A DNA stretch of 64,000 nt from Candidatus Zixiibacteriota bacterium. GTDB lineage: Bacteria > RBG-13-66-14 > B26-G2 > WVWN01. Positions within the stretch are counted from its first letter, which is position 1. Every line of letters starts with the position of its first letter. Made by a program: the position numbers and the translations under genes. The notes beneath the pieces were generated by a model. It did no database searches and was not told where the DNA came from. It worked only from the letters and a program-made list of their open reading frames with translations. Location: positions 96,001 through 160,000 of the forward strand of contig JASFLY010000001.1 of the NCBI GenBank assembly GCA_050117845.1. Direction: 5' to 3'. This document shows, piece after piece, positions 27,143 through 37,477 of the stretch.

Positions 27143-29377
27143 CTAGAACTCCAGGACAATACCGAAGTTCGGCATCGTACCCCAATGGTAATACGGTACG
27201 CGCTCGGCGTAATCGTAGCTGTATCTATAAAACCAGACGGTCTCGGCGTCGTAGACGTTCTGGACGTCCAAGTAAACCGTTACGCTCCAGCTACTGCGGT
27301 AGAACCCCTTGTCGAAGCGCAGGTCTAGGCGGTGATACGCCGGGTAGCGGGCGGAGTTCTCGTCGCCGTCGACGCGGAACCAGCGCTGCGCCGCGGGGTC
27401 GTAGTAGCTGCCCTCGACGGGGGTGTAAGGCCGGCCGGTGGCGAACTTGAACTTGGCCGAGAAGAGCCACGTCTCCCACGGCTCGTAGCCGGCGAGGACG
27501 TTGAAGCCGTGCGTCTGGTCGTAGGGCGAAGGCAGGAGCGGCGCGCCGTCGCGTTCCCGACGGTACGATTGGCAATACGAGTAGGTGCCGCGGGTGAAGA
27601 GCCGGCTGCTTAACTTCTTGTGGTAGTACACCTCGCCGCCGCGGGCGTACCCGGAACCGGAGTTGCGTACCAGGTATTCGCCGTTGTGGACGGCGAACAC
27701 CGGTAGGTCGAACAGGTCCTTGTAGTACCCCTCCGCGCCTACTTCGAGGTCGGGCCGCAGGAGGTAGGTCAGGCCGGCGATATAGTGGTCGGCGCGGCCG
27801 GAATAAAGCGCGGGGCCCTCCGAGAGGTCGTTGACGGCGAGGTACGTATACAGGGGGGTTTGGTAGTATTGGCCGTAAGCGGCGTTGAGGGACAGCGCCT
27901 CCGTGAGAGCGACCTTCACGCCGGTCCGGGGGGCAACGGTCAGGTTGTCGGTGTATTCGAGGTAATCGGCCCGGGCCCCGGCGGTGACGCTCAGGCGTTC
28001 CCACGGCCGAACCGTCGTATCGGCGAACGCCGCGGCCTTGTACGTATCCGGTTCGTAGAGTAAATCGTACGAACCGACGGGCTCGCCGGTGGGCGTGTAG
28101 GCCGCCACGCCGGTCCTATGTGACCGTAACGTCACGTACTTGGCCGAGCCGCCGCCCCGCAAGATAACGCTCGGGTGGAGTTGGTACGTCAGTTTCCCTT
28201 TTACCGCGTTCTCGTAACTCTCGGACCGTTCCCGGTCGTCTTCGCCGGCGTTATACGCATGGACGTTCCAGTAGTTGCCCGTCCGGTACGCCGTGAGCGA
28301 GAGGGCTCCCGCGTCGGAGTAGAGCCACCGCCAGGTCAGGCCCCAGGCTTGCTGGTTCGCGTTATATTTGTATGCGTGCTCTTCGGCGTACTCCTTCTCC
28401 TCGGTATCGTCGACGTGGTCGGAAGCGTAGAAGGCGAGGGCGGACAGGCGATGGTGGGGAGAGAGGTCGTAGACGACCTTACCCTGCGCGTCGTAGTAAC
28501 GGGGAACGGCCTCACCGGGATCGGCGAAATCCATTATTGCATTCAATACTTCCAGGTAACTCTTCCGGGCGGCGCCGACGAACGATCCCCGCGAGCCCAG
28601 CGGCCCCTCCGCGATTAGGCCGACGCCAATCGTACTCGTATCGGCGGTGATGTGGTAGTTGCTGCGATCGCCCTCCCGACAGCGGATATCGAGGACGCCG
28701 GACATGCGGTCGCCGTACTCGGCGGGGTATCCTCCGGCGTAAAGCTCGACGTCGTCGATCAGCTCGATGTTAAGCGCGGTGATGATGCCTTCGGCGCCGT
28801 GGCTCTGGCCATAGTGGACCGGGTTGAAAATCTCGACGTCGTCTAAAATGGTCAAATTCTCGTTAGGATTGCCTCCTCGCACGATGAGGTCGGAGAATTC
28901 ATCGGTCGCGTTGACTCCCGGCATCGTTTGGAGTACGCGGTAAATATCGCCGGCCCCGCCGGGTTGGCGGCGAACCTCCTCCTTACTCATACTGTGGGCG
29001 GAGACCGTCGTGTCGGATTTCTCGGTAAAATAGTCCTCGGCGCGGATGCGGGTGACGCCTACCGACTCGGAGAGGAGCGCGACGTTCTTGGTTACCCGGC
29101 GCCCCGGCGTTACGACCACGTCGGAGACGGCGCGGGGGCCGTAGCCGATGAGCGAAACCTTAAGGACGTACGTGCCCGCCGGGACGTCCTCGAGTACGTA
29201 ATACCCGTTCCCGTCCGCGGTGTCGTAGAGGTCGGTCCCGCTCAACGCCACCAACGCGCCGACGCATGGCCGCTCGGACACCTCGTCGTAGACCGTACCG
29301 GATATCAAGCCAGTTCCGGCTCCGTGAATCACTGCCGGGAGGGCGAACACGGCGGTCCAAAGCGTCGCCTTTTTCAA
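27143..29377 (-). CDS. TonB-dependent receptor with N-terminal carboxypeptidase-regulatory-like domain
   Basis: Signal peptide, VRGG...EN plug, GGYPAEYGDR.SGV, YHRLDLR, D.QNVYD, terminal Phe. Confidence 0.92.
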   Translation of the reverse strand: MKKATLWTAVFALPAVIHGAGTGLISGTVYDEVSERPCVGALVALSGTDLYDTADGNGYYVLEDVPAGTYVLKVSLIGYGPRAVSDVVVTPGRRVTKNVALLSESVGVTRIRAEDYFTEKSDTTVSAHSMSKEEVRRQPGGAGDIYRVLQTMPGVNATDEFSDLIVRGGNPNENLTILDDVEIFNPVHYGQSHGAEGIITALNIELIDDVELYAGGYPAEYGDRMSGVLDIRCREGDRSNYHITADTSTIGVGLIAEGPLGSRGSFVGAARKSYLEVLNAIMDFADPGEAVPRYYDAQGKVVYDLSPHHRLSALAFYASDHVDDTEEKEYAEEHAYKYNANQQAWGLTWRWLYSDAGALSLTAYRTGNYWNVHAYNAGEDDRERSESYENAVKGKLTYQLHPSVILRGGGSAKYVTLRSHRTGVAAYTPTGEPVGSYDLLYEPDTYKAAAFADTTVRPWERLSVTAGARADYLEYTDNLTVAPRTGVKVALTEALSLNAAYGQYYQTPLYTYLAVNDLSEGPALYSGRADHYIAGLTYLLRPDLEVGAEGYYKDLFDLPVFAVHNGEYLVRNSGSGYARGGEVYYHKKLSSRLFTRGTYSYCQSYRRERDGAPLLPSPYDQTHGFNVLAGYEPWETWLFSAKFKFATGRPYTPVEGSYYDPAAQRWFRVDGDENSARYPAYHRLDLRFDKGFYRSSWSVTVYLDVQNVYDAETVWFYRYSYDYAERVPYYHWGTMPNFGIVLEF

Positions 29378-29457
29378 AGGGGTCCCTCCGTCGCGAAGTT
29401 TGAGGTGTGAGATCCTAAAGCGGGCGTATCGGATAATGCTTTAAAATTATTGGGAGT

Positions 29458-29486
29458 TGTATAACACAGCCCCCAAGAGATGACAA
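29458..29486 (-). promoter_or_regulatory. Sigma70-type promoter for receptor 27143..29377
   Basis: TTGTCA-N17-TATACA with extended TG. Confidence 0.5.
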
Positions 29487-29523
29487 GGTAAAACCTTGGG
29501 GCTCGGGAAATGTGAGAAATGGT

Positions 29524-29676
29524 GCCGTCAGGTGTTACCGCCTGACGGCGCGACAGGCAGGAATGTCTGCCCCACCAAAACGCGGGCCGACCTGAAGGTC
29601 GGCCCCTACGTTTAATAGCCGCGTTTACTTCCGGCAGACAAGAATGTTCTGCCCCACCACAAATGTCCGCCCCACT
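29524..29676. repeat. REP/BIME-like palindrome cluster 2
   Basis: A, B, E (GGGCCGACCT-ga-AGGTCGGCCC-ctac), B, partial B. Confidence 0.85.
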
Positions 29677-31903
29677 AGAACTCCAGTATAAAGCCGCCGA
29701 CGGGCATCATGCCCCACTGGTACGACTCTTCCCGTTCGCTATAGTCGTAACTATAATCGTACGCGAAGACGTTCTTGGCGTCGTACACGTTCTGGAGGTC
29801 GAAGTAGGTCGTCAGGCTCCAATTCTGCCGGTAGAACGCTTTATCGAAGCGGAGGTCCAGACGGTGATAGGACGAGTAGCGGGCGGAGTTGACGTCGCCG
29901 TCGATCCGGAACCACTGCTGGGCGGCCGGGTCGTAGTAGCTGCCGACGACGGGGGTATAAGGCCGGCCGCTCGCGAATTTGAACTTGGCGGAGAAGAGCC
30001 ACGTCTTCCACGGCTCGTAGCCGCCCAGAACCGTAAAACTGTGCGTCATGTCGTACGTGGAGGGGAAGAGTTCCTGGCCGTCCCGCAGGCGTCTGTAGGA
30101 CGCGAGATAGGAATAAGTGCCGCGGGTGAAGAGCCGGCCGCTCAATTTCTTGTGATAATACACCTCGCCGCCCCGGGCGTAACCGGAACCGGCGTTGCGG
30201 ACCATCCGCTCGCCGTTGTGGACGGCTGTAGTCGGAAGGTCGAAAAGGTTCTTGTAGTAGCCCTCGACGCCCAGCTCCAGGTCGGGCCGGAGGAGGTAGG
30301 TCAACCCGGCGATGTAATGGTCGGCGCGGCCGGAGTAAAGCGCCGGGCCGTTCGAGAGGTCGTTGACGGCGAGGGACGTGTACATCGGCGACTGGTAGTA
30401 TTGGCCGTAAGCCGCGTTCAAGGACAGCGTGTCCGTAACCGCGACCTTCGCGCCGGTACGGGGGGCCACGGTCAGGTTATCGGTATATTCGAGGTAATCG
30501 GCGCGGCCGCCGACGGTCAAACTCAGCCGTCCCCACGGCCGGACCGTCGTGTCGGCGAAAGCGGCCCCTTTATACGTATCGGGTTCGTAAAGATAATCGT
30601 ACGGGTTAATCGGCTCGCCGGTGCCGGTAAAACTAGCCACGCCGCGGTAACGCGAGCGGAGCGTCACGTACTTGGCGGAACCGCCGCCGCGCAGGATAAC
30701 GTTCGGGTGCAGCTGGTACGTCAACTTCCCCTTGAGCGCGTTCTCGTATCCCTCGGACTGCTCGCGGTTGTCCGCGAATGCGTTGTAAGCGTGGATGTTC
30801 CAGTAGTTGCCGGTCCGGTAGCCCGTAAGCGTAAGGGCGCCGTCGTCGGAGTAGAGCCAACGCCAGGTTAAACCCCAGGCGCGCTGGTTGGAAAGCCATT
30901 TCACGGCCCGGCTACGCGCGTACTCCTTATCTTCGGCGATGTCGATGCGGTCGGAGGCGTAGAAACCCAAAAAAGACAGACGGTGGCGGGGAGAGAGGTC
31001 GTAAACGACCTTGCCCTGCGTATCGTAATAGCGGGGAACGGAATCGCCGATGCCGGTAAAATCGGTAACTTTGCTAAGGACTTCCAGTAGGCTCTTTCGG
31101 CCCGAACCGACGAACGAACCGTTCGGGCCCAGCGGCCCCTCGACGATCAGGCCCAAGCCGGACATACTCATATCCGTGGAAACGTGGTAATTGCCCCGGT
31201 CGCCCTCCCGACAGCTTATGTCGAGAACGCCGGACATCCGGTCGCCGTATTCCGCGGGGTATCCGCCGGCGTAAAACTCGACGTCGTCGATAAGCTCGAG
31301 GTTGAGCGCGGTGATCGCGCCGTGGCTGCCGTAGGTCTGGCCGTAATGGACCGGATTGAAAACTTCGATATCGTCCAACAACGTAAGGTTCTCGTTGGGG
31401 TCGCCGCCGCGGACGACGAGGTCCGAGAAAATATCCGTGGCGTTGACGCCCGGGAGCGTGGACAGCACGCGATAGACGTCGCCCGCGCCGCCGGGCTGCC
31501 GGCGCATCTCCTCCTTACTCATGCTGTGGGCGGAGACCGAAGCGTCCGATTTTTCGGTGAAGTAGTTTTCGGCTCGGATATGCGTAACGCCGGCGGAGAC
31601 GGGCTTAAGCGATATGTCCTTGGTCGCCCGACGGCCCGGAATCACGACGACGTCGGTTACGGCCCGTGCCTCGTAACCGACGAGAGATACTTTTAAAACG
31701 TACGTCCCGGCCGGAACGTCGTCGATGACGAAGTACCCGTTCTCGTCGGCGGTGGCGTACAGGTTCGTACCGGACAGCGCGACCAGAGCGCCCACGGCCG
31801 GCCTCTCGGTAACCTCTTCATAAACCAGGCCGGAGAGAACGCCGGTCCCGGCGCCGTAGGCCGCCGCGGCGAGGCTGGTTACCAGAAGTAGTATCCTTTT
31901 CAC
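29675..31903 (-). CDS. TonB-dependent receptor (paralog of 27143..29377)
   Basis: GTG 31903 after AGGAG; same architecture, collinear and highly similar. Confidence 0.92.
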   Translation of the reverse strand: MKRILLLVTSLAAAAYGAGTGVLSGLVYEEVTERPAVGALVALSGTNLYATADENGYFVIDDVPAGTYVLKVSLVGYEARAVTDVVVIPGRRATKDISLKPVSAGVTHIRAENYFTEKSDASVSAHSMSKEEMRRQPGGAGDVYRVLSTLPGVNATDIFSDLVVRGGDPNENLTLLDDIEVFNPVHYGQTYGSHGAITALNLELIDDVEFYAGGYPAEYGDRMSGVLDISCREGDRGNYHVSTDMSMSGLGLIVEGPLGPNGSFVGSGRKSLLEVLSKVTDFTGIGDSVPRYYDTQGKVVYDLSPRHRLSFLGFYASDRIDIAEDKEYARSRAVKWLSNQRAWGLTWRWLYSDDGALTLTGYRTGNYWNIHAYNAFADNREQSEGYENALKGKLTYQLHPNVILRGGGSAKYVTLRSRYRGVASFTGTGEPINPYDYLYEPDTYKGAAFADTTVRPWGRLSLTVGGRADYLEYTDNLTVAPRTGAKVAVTDTLSLNAAYGQYYQSPMYTSLAVNDLSNGPALYSGRADHYIAGLTYLLRPDLELGVEGYYKNLFDLPTTAVHNGERMVRNAGSGYARGGEVYYHKKLSGRLFTRGTYSYLASYRRLRDGQELFPSTYDMTHSFTVLGGYEPWKTWLFSAKFKFASGRPYTPVVGSYYDPAAQQWFRIDGDVNSARYSSYHRLDLRFDKAFYRQNWSLTTYFDLQNVYDAKNVFAYDYSYDYSEREESYQWGMMPVGGFILEF

Positions 31904-31928
31904 CAATTCTCCTTCCCGAATCTCGGGG

Positions 31929-32402
31929 TTAATTTTCAAGCTTTCCCGACGCGATGTCTTCCATGATATTATCGATGGCGGCGAGCAATGTTTCCAACCC
32001 CCGCGTAACGGTCCCGACCTTCGCAGCCGGGAGGCGATTAATGACACGGTCGAGTGCGACCCGGAGTTCGGCCTGGAACCGCTCCAGCGTTTCGAGGCCG
32101 GCCTCGGAAATCTCGACGATGACGCGCCGGCGATCGGCCGCGTCCGCCCCGCGGGCGACGAGCCCCGAATCGACCAACGAGTCGACCAACGCCGTCGCCT
32201 GAGGAGGGGCGATTCCCAGCGCTTCGCTGAGCCCGGACATACCGAGTGGTCCTCGTTCGTGGAGCAGCGCCAGGACTTGTGCGTGGCGCTCGGGGCAGCC
32301 GGTGGCCGCGACCGCGTGGCGAAACGGCAGTACGGCCGAGGCGTGCAACCGGCGGAAGAGTTCGCGGAGCCGGGCGTTGGCGTCTTCGTTTTTCTCAGGC
32401 AT
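31929..32402 (-). CDS. MarR-family transcriptional regulator
   Basis: ATG 32402 after GAGGTG; L...L.I....AT.LVD.LV..GLV.R....DRR.V....S..G. Confidence 0.9.
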   Translation of the reverse strand: MPEKNEDANARLRELFRRLHASAVLPFRHAVAATGCPERHAQVLALLHERGPLGMSGLSEALGIAPPQATALVDSLVDSGLVARGADAADRRRVIVEISEAGLETLERFQAELRVALDRVINRLPAAKVGTVTRGLETLLAAIDNIMEDIASGKLEN

Positions 32403-32497
32403 ATAGTTCACCTCATCCAATAGTTCGCATATAGAATAGTTAATTATCATAAATTATTACGATAGTCAACAATAAAACGACACCGGCCGTACGGGGC

Positions 32498-32671
32498 GCC
32501 GTCAGGTGTTACCACCTGACGACCGGCAGACAGGAATGTCCGCCCCACCAAATGAAGCGATACCGGCCGCTTCAGCGGCCGGTCCGGTCACCAGCGAAGC
32601 GTTAACGGCCGTTTTTAACCGGCCGTATCCCCGCCCAAGATATCCCGGGCCGACCTGAAGGTCGGCCCCTA
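32498..32671. repeat. REP/BIME-like palindrome cluster 3
   Basis: A, B, C, degenerate D, E in same orientation as clusters 1-2. Confidence 0.85.
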
Positions 32672-32680
32672 AGCTAGCAT

Positions 32681-32709
32681 AAAAAAACGCCGACCTTGCG
32701 GCCGGCGTT
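32681..32709 (-). terminator. rpoD terminator
   Basis: AACGCCGGCC-gcaa-GGTCGGCGTT followed by T-run on minus strand. Confidence 0.75.
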
Positions 32710-32734
32710 AAATTGTATTTCGTTCGCTTTAAGT

Positions 32735-34501
32735 TTAGAGTTCCAGGAAAGCCTTGACGCGTTTGGCCCGGGTCGGGTGGCGCAGCTTGCGCAACGCCTT
32801 GGCCTCGATCTGCCGGACGCGCTCGCGCGTGACGTTGAAGACCGCGCCCACTTCGTCGAGCGTCCGGGTGATGCCGTCGCCCAGACCGAAGCGGTAACGC
32901 AGAACCCGTTCCTCGCGCTTAGAGAGCGTCGAAAGGACATCCTCCATTTGCTCGCGCAAAAGGGCGTACGCGGCGGCCTTGGCCGGGCTTATGACCGACT
33001 TGTCCTCGATGAAGTCGCCGAGGTGGCTGTCCTCCTCCTCGCCGATGGGGGTCTCGAGGCTTATGGGCTCCTGGGCTATCTTGAGGACGCGCCGCACCTT
33101 TTCGACGCTCATCTGCATCTTGGCCGCTATCTCCTCGGGGAGGGGTTCCCGGCCGTATTCCTGGATGAGCTGGCGCGAGGCCCGCACGACCTTGCCGATG
33201 GCTTCGATCATGTGGACGGGGATGCGGATGGTCCGCGCTTGGTCCGCGATGGCCCGCGTTATGGCCTGGCGGATCCACCACGTGGCGTAGGTGGAGAACT
33301 TGTAGCCCTTCTTGTAGTCAAACTTGTCCACCGCGCGCATGAGGCCGATGTTCCCCTCCTGAATGAGGTCGAGGAACTGGAGGCCGCCGTTGGTGTACTT
33401 CTTGGCGATGGAGACGACCAGCCGCACGTTGGCCTTGACCAAGCTCATCTTGGCGTCGTACGCCTCCCGTTGGCCGGCCTTAATCTGCCGCACGATGTCC
33501 AGGAACTCGCGGTGGTTCATCTTTATCTTCTGTTCGTGGCGGCGGATGCGGCGGAGGTAATTGTTTACTTCCCGGTCGGCCTCGCGTACGGCCTCGGGCG
33601 TGTACTTCTTGCCGCGCGGCAGTTTCACGCGCTTGGCGCCTTTGGATTTCAGCTCCCGGCACAGCGCCGCGATTTCGCTGCGCTCCATCCGGAAGAAGTC
33701 CTCGATTTGCTCGATGGCCTTAAGATTCTCCAGGATGCGGTCCCGGTAGCCTTCGGCCTTTTCGGCGAAATTATCTATCTGGCTCGTGCTGAAGCGGCAC
33801 TCTTCCAGTTTGGCGACGACCTCGCGCTTGGTGTCGTTTATGGCTTCCTTGTTGCGCTGGTGCGCCGTCGAGCCGGCCCGGCAACGGGCCAGCCTGCTGT
33901 ACGCCCGGTCGAGCTCGCGCCGCAGGCCGGCGACGTGCTCGGCGCTGGCGATTACCTGTGCCGAGAGTTCGCGCTGCTTCCAGAGCGGGAGGCGTCCTTC
34001 GGTATTGACGACCAGGATTTCCTCCATCTTAACGCGACCCTCTTTGACCCGTTTGGCCAGGGCGTCGATTTCGTCGAAGATGAGATAAAGGTAGAAGACG
34101 CCGCGGCGGGCCTTCTGATGGCCTCGCTCTATCTTCTTGGCCAACGCGACCTCGCCCTCGCGGGAGAGAAGGGGCACGCGCCCCATCTCGCGGAGGTAGA
34201 GGCGCACCGGGTCGTCAACGCGGCCCGCAGTGGGCGCGAGCCACGTCTCCGGAGCGGCCGGGCGTTCTTCCTTTTCGGCCTGTTTCGTCGGGACGCCGAC
34301 CTTCGAACCGTCGACGATCTCGATGTCCATTTCGTTGAACATCGTGAGTATGTCGTCTATCTGGTCCGAAAGTACGATATCGTCGGGGAGCGCTTCGTTG
34401 AGCTCCTCGTACGTGAGGTGGCCGCGCTCGCGGCCTTTCTCTATAAGGCCCTCGACGACCTTACGGCCTTCTTTTCCGATTTTTTTCTGGCGGGTTGCCA
34501 T
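32735..34501 (-). CDS. rpoD: RNA polymerase primary sigma factor
   Basis: Region 1.1, [46 protein letters not shown]. Confidence 0.97.
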   Translation of the reverse strand: MATRQKKIGKEGRKVVEGLIEKGRERGHLTYEELNEALPDDIVLSDQIDDILTMFNEMDIEIVDGSKVGVPTKQAEKEERPAAPETWLAPTAGRVDDPVRLYLREMGRVPLLSREGEVALAKKIERGHQKARRGVFYLYLIFDEIDALAKRVKEGRVKMEEILVVNTEGRLPLWKQRELSAQVIASAEHVAGLRRELDRAYSRLARCRAGSTAHQRNKEAINDTKREVVAKLEECRFSTSQIDNFAEKAEGYRDRILENLKAIEQIEDFFRMERSEIAALCRELKSKGAKRVKLPRGKKYTPEAVREADREVNNYLRRIRRHEQKIKMNHREFLDIVRQIKAGQREAYDAKMSLVKANVRLVVSIAKKYTNGGLQFLDLIQEGNIGLMRAVDKFDYKKGYKFSTYATWWIRQAITRAIADQARTIRIPVHMIEAIGKVVRASRQLIQEYGREPLPEEIAAKMQMSVEKVRRVLKIAQEPISLETPIGEEEDSHLGDFIEDKSVISPAKAAAYALLREQMEDVLSTLSKREERVLRYRFGLGDGITRTLDEVGAVFNVTRERVRQIEAKALRKLRHPTRAKRVKAFLEL

Positions 34502-34541
34502 CTATCCTCCTAAAAACAGGGAGGTTACCATATTACTCGAT

Positions 34542-34570
34542 AGTTTAACAGAAAATACAAGCGGAGTCAA
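34542..34570 (-). promoter_or_regulatory. rpoD promoter
   Basis: TTGACT-N17-TAAACT with extended TG. Confidence 0.65.
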
Positions 34571-34685
34571 ATTTATGGTAAAAAGCATTGGATTTCTGTT
34601 CACCGATGGAAGAAAATAGCGATATTTACTCCATTTGTATCGGCCCCCGCGGCCGAATAGGCCACGAGGGCCCGTCCCGCCTCGT

Positions 34686-34904
34686 TTACATTTCGCCGAT
34701 ACAAAACGGGCAATAGTCAAATCCCTCGCGATAGGCCTCCCGCAACGTATCAGGCTCGAAGGTAACCACGTCGGAGATTAGAATCTCGGGGATGCAACAA
34801 CCGCGTCGCCCCGGGGCCTCTCGCTCCAGGTCGTGAACGACCCTTCCGCGCTTATCGCCGACGTATCGACGGCCGTAAAACGGCGGATCTCCGCGCCGTA
34901 CCAT
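34686..34904 (-). CDS. Small putative metal-binding protein (Ada-Zn-domain-like)
   Basis: GGAGG RBS; YVGDK..RVVH...CC...F...TL.EA..EGFD.CPFC. Confidence 0.65.
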   Translation of the reverse strand: MVRRGDPPFYGRRYVGDKRGRVVHDLEREAPGRRGCCIPEILISDVVTFEPDTLREAYREGFDYCPFCIGEM

Positions 34905-34943
34905 TTCGCTCCCTCCTTTCTTTATAGCCCATCGCCCCCTTAA

Positions 34944-34972
34944 ATTATAGCCGAAAAATAAAAACGGGTCAA
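34944..34972 (-). promoter_or_regulatory. Sigma70-type promoter for 34686..34904
   Basis: TTGACC-N17-TATAAT. Confidence 0.7.
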
Positions 34973-35070
34973 AACAAACGCTATAAATTATTAATAATTA
35001 AGTGGTTTCGCCGTAAACCCGGTATAAATGGACCTTACATATTTATACGGCCTATCCGGACGCCCCCGCC

Positions 35071-35604
35071 TTAAACGCCGCGCCGCCGTACCGCCGCCAG
35101 GATTTCCCGGAACCATTCACGGCTGCTGTATCGGGCAAGGTCCGGGTCGACCGACGCGACGGCCACGAAGGAAGCCGGCGAGAGAGACATGGCCGTCTCG
35201 AACAACGCCCGGCACTTCTCCTCGTCGGCTCGTTCCGCCCAATAGCAGGCGGCGTTGTAAAATACGCGGAAATCGGTAGGTGCGAGGCCGATAGCCCGAT
35301 CGAAGTCGGACTCCGCGCCCGGCTCGTCCCCCAACCGATGCAGACACATAGCTCGCGTCGTATGGGCAACCGCGTCGTTGCTATCCAATCTTATTGCGAT
35401 TTCGCTATGTGCTAACGCATCACCCGGGCGGCCTAGTTGTAATAGGCACAACGCCCGGGCGCAATAAGTCCGACCCTGTTCGGGGTCTAAAGTTAACGAC
35501 CTCTCGATCAACGCCAACGCTTCGTCGTAATCGCCGCGGAAGAAGTAGTCAACCGCGTGTTGCGTTAGCGCCGCCGCCTCCCTTTTATCATCTTCTTTGC
35601 CCAT
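35071..35604 (-). CDS. Small TPR protein
   Basis: Three TPRs plus YNAAC...DPDL capping motif. Confidence 0.85.
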   Translation of the reverse strand: MGKEDDKREAAALTQHAVDYFFRGDYDEALALIERSLTLDPEQGRTYCARALCLLQLGRPGDALAHSEIAIRLDSNDAVAHTTRAMCLHRLGDEPGAESDFDRAIGLAPTDFRVFYNAACYWAERADEEKCRALFETAMSLSPASFVAVASVDPDLARYSSREWFREILAAVRRRGV

Positions 35605-35626
35605 AGCCCACTCCCATTACCCAATT

Positions 35627-35655
35627 ATTATAGCACAAAAAACGGCCATTGACAA
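35627..35655 (-). promoter_or_regulatory. Sigma70-type promoter for 35071..35604
   Basis: TTGTCA-N17-TATAAT with extended TG. Confidence 0.7.
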
Positions 35656-35726
35656 ATAATGGCAGCTTACAATACAGCAATTGGTTACCGTAAAGGGGAC
35701 GTAAGCTCGGCCGCAACGACCCGGCT

Positions 35727-37475
35727 TTAACGGGTATCGTTCGATTTCAGATGTCGTCGTTTCTCCTCAACCAATTCACGGATCGCCGGGGCGGCCTCTT
35801 CGTAATCGTCTCCGGCCGCGGCGAGCTCTTCCCGTACGACCCGGGCGCGCCGGGCCAATGCACGTTGCTTCAACGCCTTAACCGCCAGCCGAGCCGCGAG
35901 CGCGGCGTCCTCTTCCCGGATCTCCACCAACGCCAAACGCGTCACCATTCCGGCGTCGACCTCGTCCAATTCGTCCAGGAGTTCCACCGCGGAAAAAGCG
36001 CCTTTCTTCGCGAGCTTCGCGCATACCCGCAGGACCCGCCCGACCTGTTCGTCCTCGATATCGTCCGGGGATATCTCGGCCATGCACTCGGCGGCCACCT
36101 CCGGCCGCTGGACGATCACGCGCAACAGGTTATGTTCCGTGCCGGGACGGCCGGCCGACGCGCCGCCCGTGTCCGGCCGTCCCCGCTGGCCGGCAACTTC
36201 GACGGACGATACCGGGATACCAAGACGTTCGGCGATACGGCGCCGCCAGTACGTTCGCTCCATTTCGTCAGGGATAATTTTCAGTAAAGGTCCGGCCTCG
36301 CGGATAACGGCGAGCTCCGCCCCGACGTTATCCCCCACGTGTTCCCGCCGGGCCATCTCTATCAGGAAATCGGGCCAGTCGGCCGCGGCTCCGACGGCGT
36401 CGGCGGCCGCTTCGGCCCCTTCCATCGCGACGTCAAAGGGGTCGCGGCCGGCCGGGAGTATCCCCACCCGGACCCGGCGGGCTCCCGCCGGGAGTAGGGC
36501 CGCCACCGCCCGGCGGGCCGCGCGCACGCCGGCGTCGTCGCCGTCGAACAATAGGACGAAATCCTGGGCGTGACGCGAGAGGATGCGGGCGCCCTCTTCG
36601 GCCAGCGCCGTCCCGCACGTCGCTACGACGTTCTCGATCCCCACCTGATACAGGCCCAGGAGGTCGAGGTACCCCTCGACGACGACGCAGGCGCCGGCCT
36701 TCGAAATGGCCGCGCGGTTATGGGAGAGGCCGTAAAGGGTGGCGCTTTTATTGTAGAGTGGGGTGTTGGAGGAGTTTAGATACTTGGGCTCTTCGGCGTC
36801 GTCCAGGACCCGGCCGCCGAACGCCACCACCTTGCCGGAGGCGTTCCGTATCGGGAACACTACCCGGCCGCGGAAGCGGTCGTAGTAGCCGCCGCCGCTT
36901 TTGGAGGGCACGGCCAGGCCGGCCTCGGCCACCTGGGCCGGCTCGAAACCGGCGCGGGTGGCGCGCTTGAGAAATTCGTCCCAACTGTGGGGCGCGAGGC
37001 CGAGTTTCCACTCGTCCACGGTCTCGTCGGTCAGCCCCCGGCGCCGCAGGTATTCCCGGGCTCGGGCGGCGTATTCGCCGGAAGACCGGAGGGTCTCGTA
37101 ATAGAACTTGGCCGCCTCGACGACGACGACCCCCAAACGATCCCGGCGGCTTTCGTCGGGCGTGCTCCGGCCGCCGGCCTGAAGCTTTATCCCCGCCCGC
37201 CGAGCGAGTTCCCGCAGGGCCTCGCCGAAGGTCAGGCCCTCCATCCTCATGACGAAATTGAATACGTTACCCCCCTCGCCGCATCCGAAGCAATAATACA
37301 ACTGCTTCGAGGGCGACACCGTCATGGAAGGTTTGGTATCGGAGTGGAAGGGGCAAACGCCCTTGAGGTTTTCCCCGGCGGGGGTCAGCGCGACGTACTG
37401 GCCGATTATCGCGACGATGTCCGTCGCTTCCCGAACCCGCTCTACGTCCCCGTAACCCCGCTCTTTCCCGGCCAC
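35727..37475 (-). CDS. dnaG: DNA primase
   Basis: CPFH...CFGC zinc finger, DRFRGR, PKYLNS, TOPRIM VEGYLD and DGDDAG. Confidence 0.97.
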   Translation of the reverse strand: MAGKERGYGDVERVREATDIVAIIGQYVALTPAGENLKGVCPFHSDTKPSMTVSPSKQLYYCFGCGEGGNVFNFVMRMEGLTFGEALRELARRAGIKLQAGGRSTPDESRRDRLGVVVVEAAKFYYETLRSSGEYAARAREYLRRRGLTDETVDEWKLGLAPHSWDEFLKRATRAGFEPAQVAEAGLAVPSKSGGGYYDRFRGRVVFPIRNASGKVVAFGGRVLDDAEEPKYLNSSNTPLYNKSATLYGLSHNRAAISKAGACVVVEGYLDLLGLYQVGIENVVATCGTALAEEGARILSRHAQDFVLLFDGDDAGVRAARRAVAALLPAGARRVRVGILPAGRDPFDVAMEGAEAAADAVGAAADWPDFLIEMARREHVGDNVGAELAVIREAGPLLKIIPDEMERTYWRRRIAERLGIPVSSVEVAGQRGRPDTGGASAGRPGTEHNLLRVIVQRPEVAAECMAEISPDDIEDEQVGRVLRVCAKLAKKGAFSAVELLDELDEVDAGMVTRLALVEIREEDAALAARLAVKALKQRALARRARVVREELAAAGDDYEEAAPAIRELVEEKRRHLKSNDTR

Positions 37476-37477
37476 CG

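Noticed and set aside
32696..34513. 605-aa plus-strand ORF
   Set aside because: Antisense shadow of rpoD caused by GC-rich codon bias; no motifs
35649..35673. Plus-strand promoter TTGACA...TACAAT antisense to dnaG
   Set aside because: Spacer is only 13 nt
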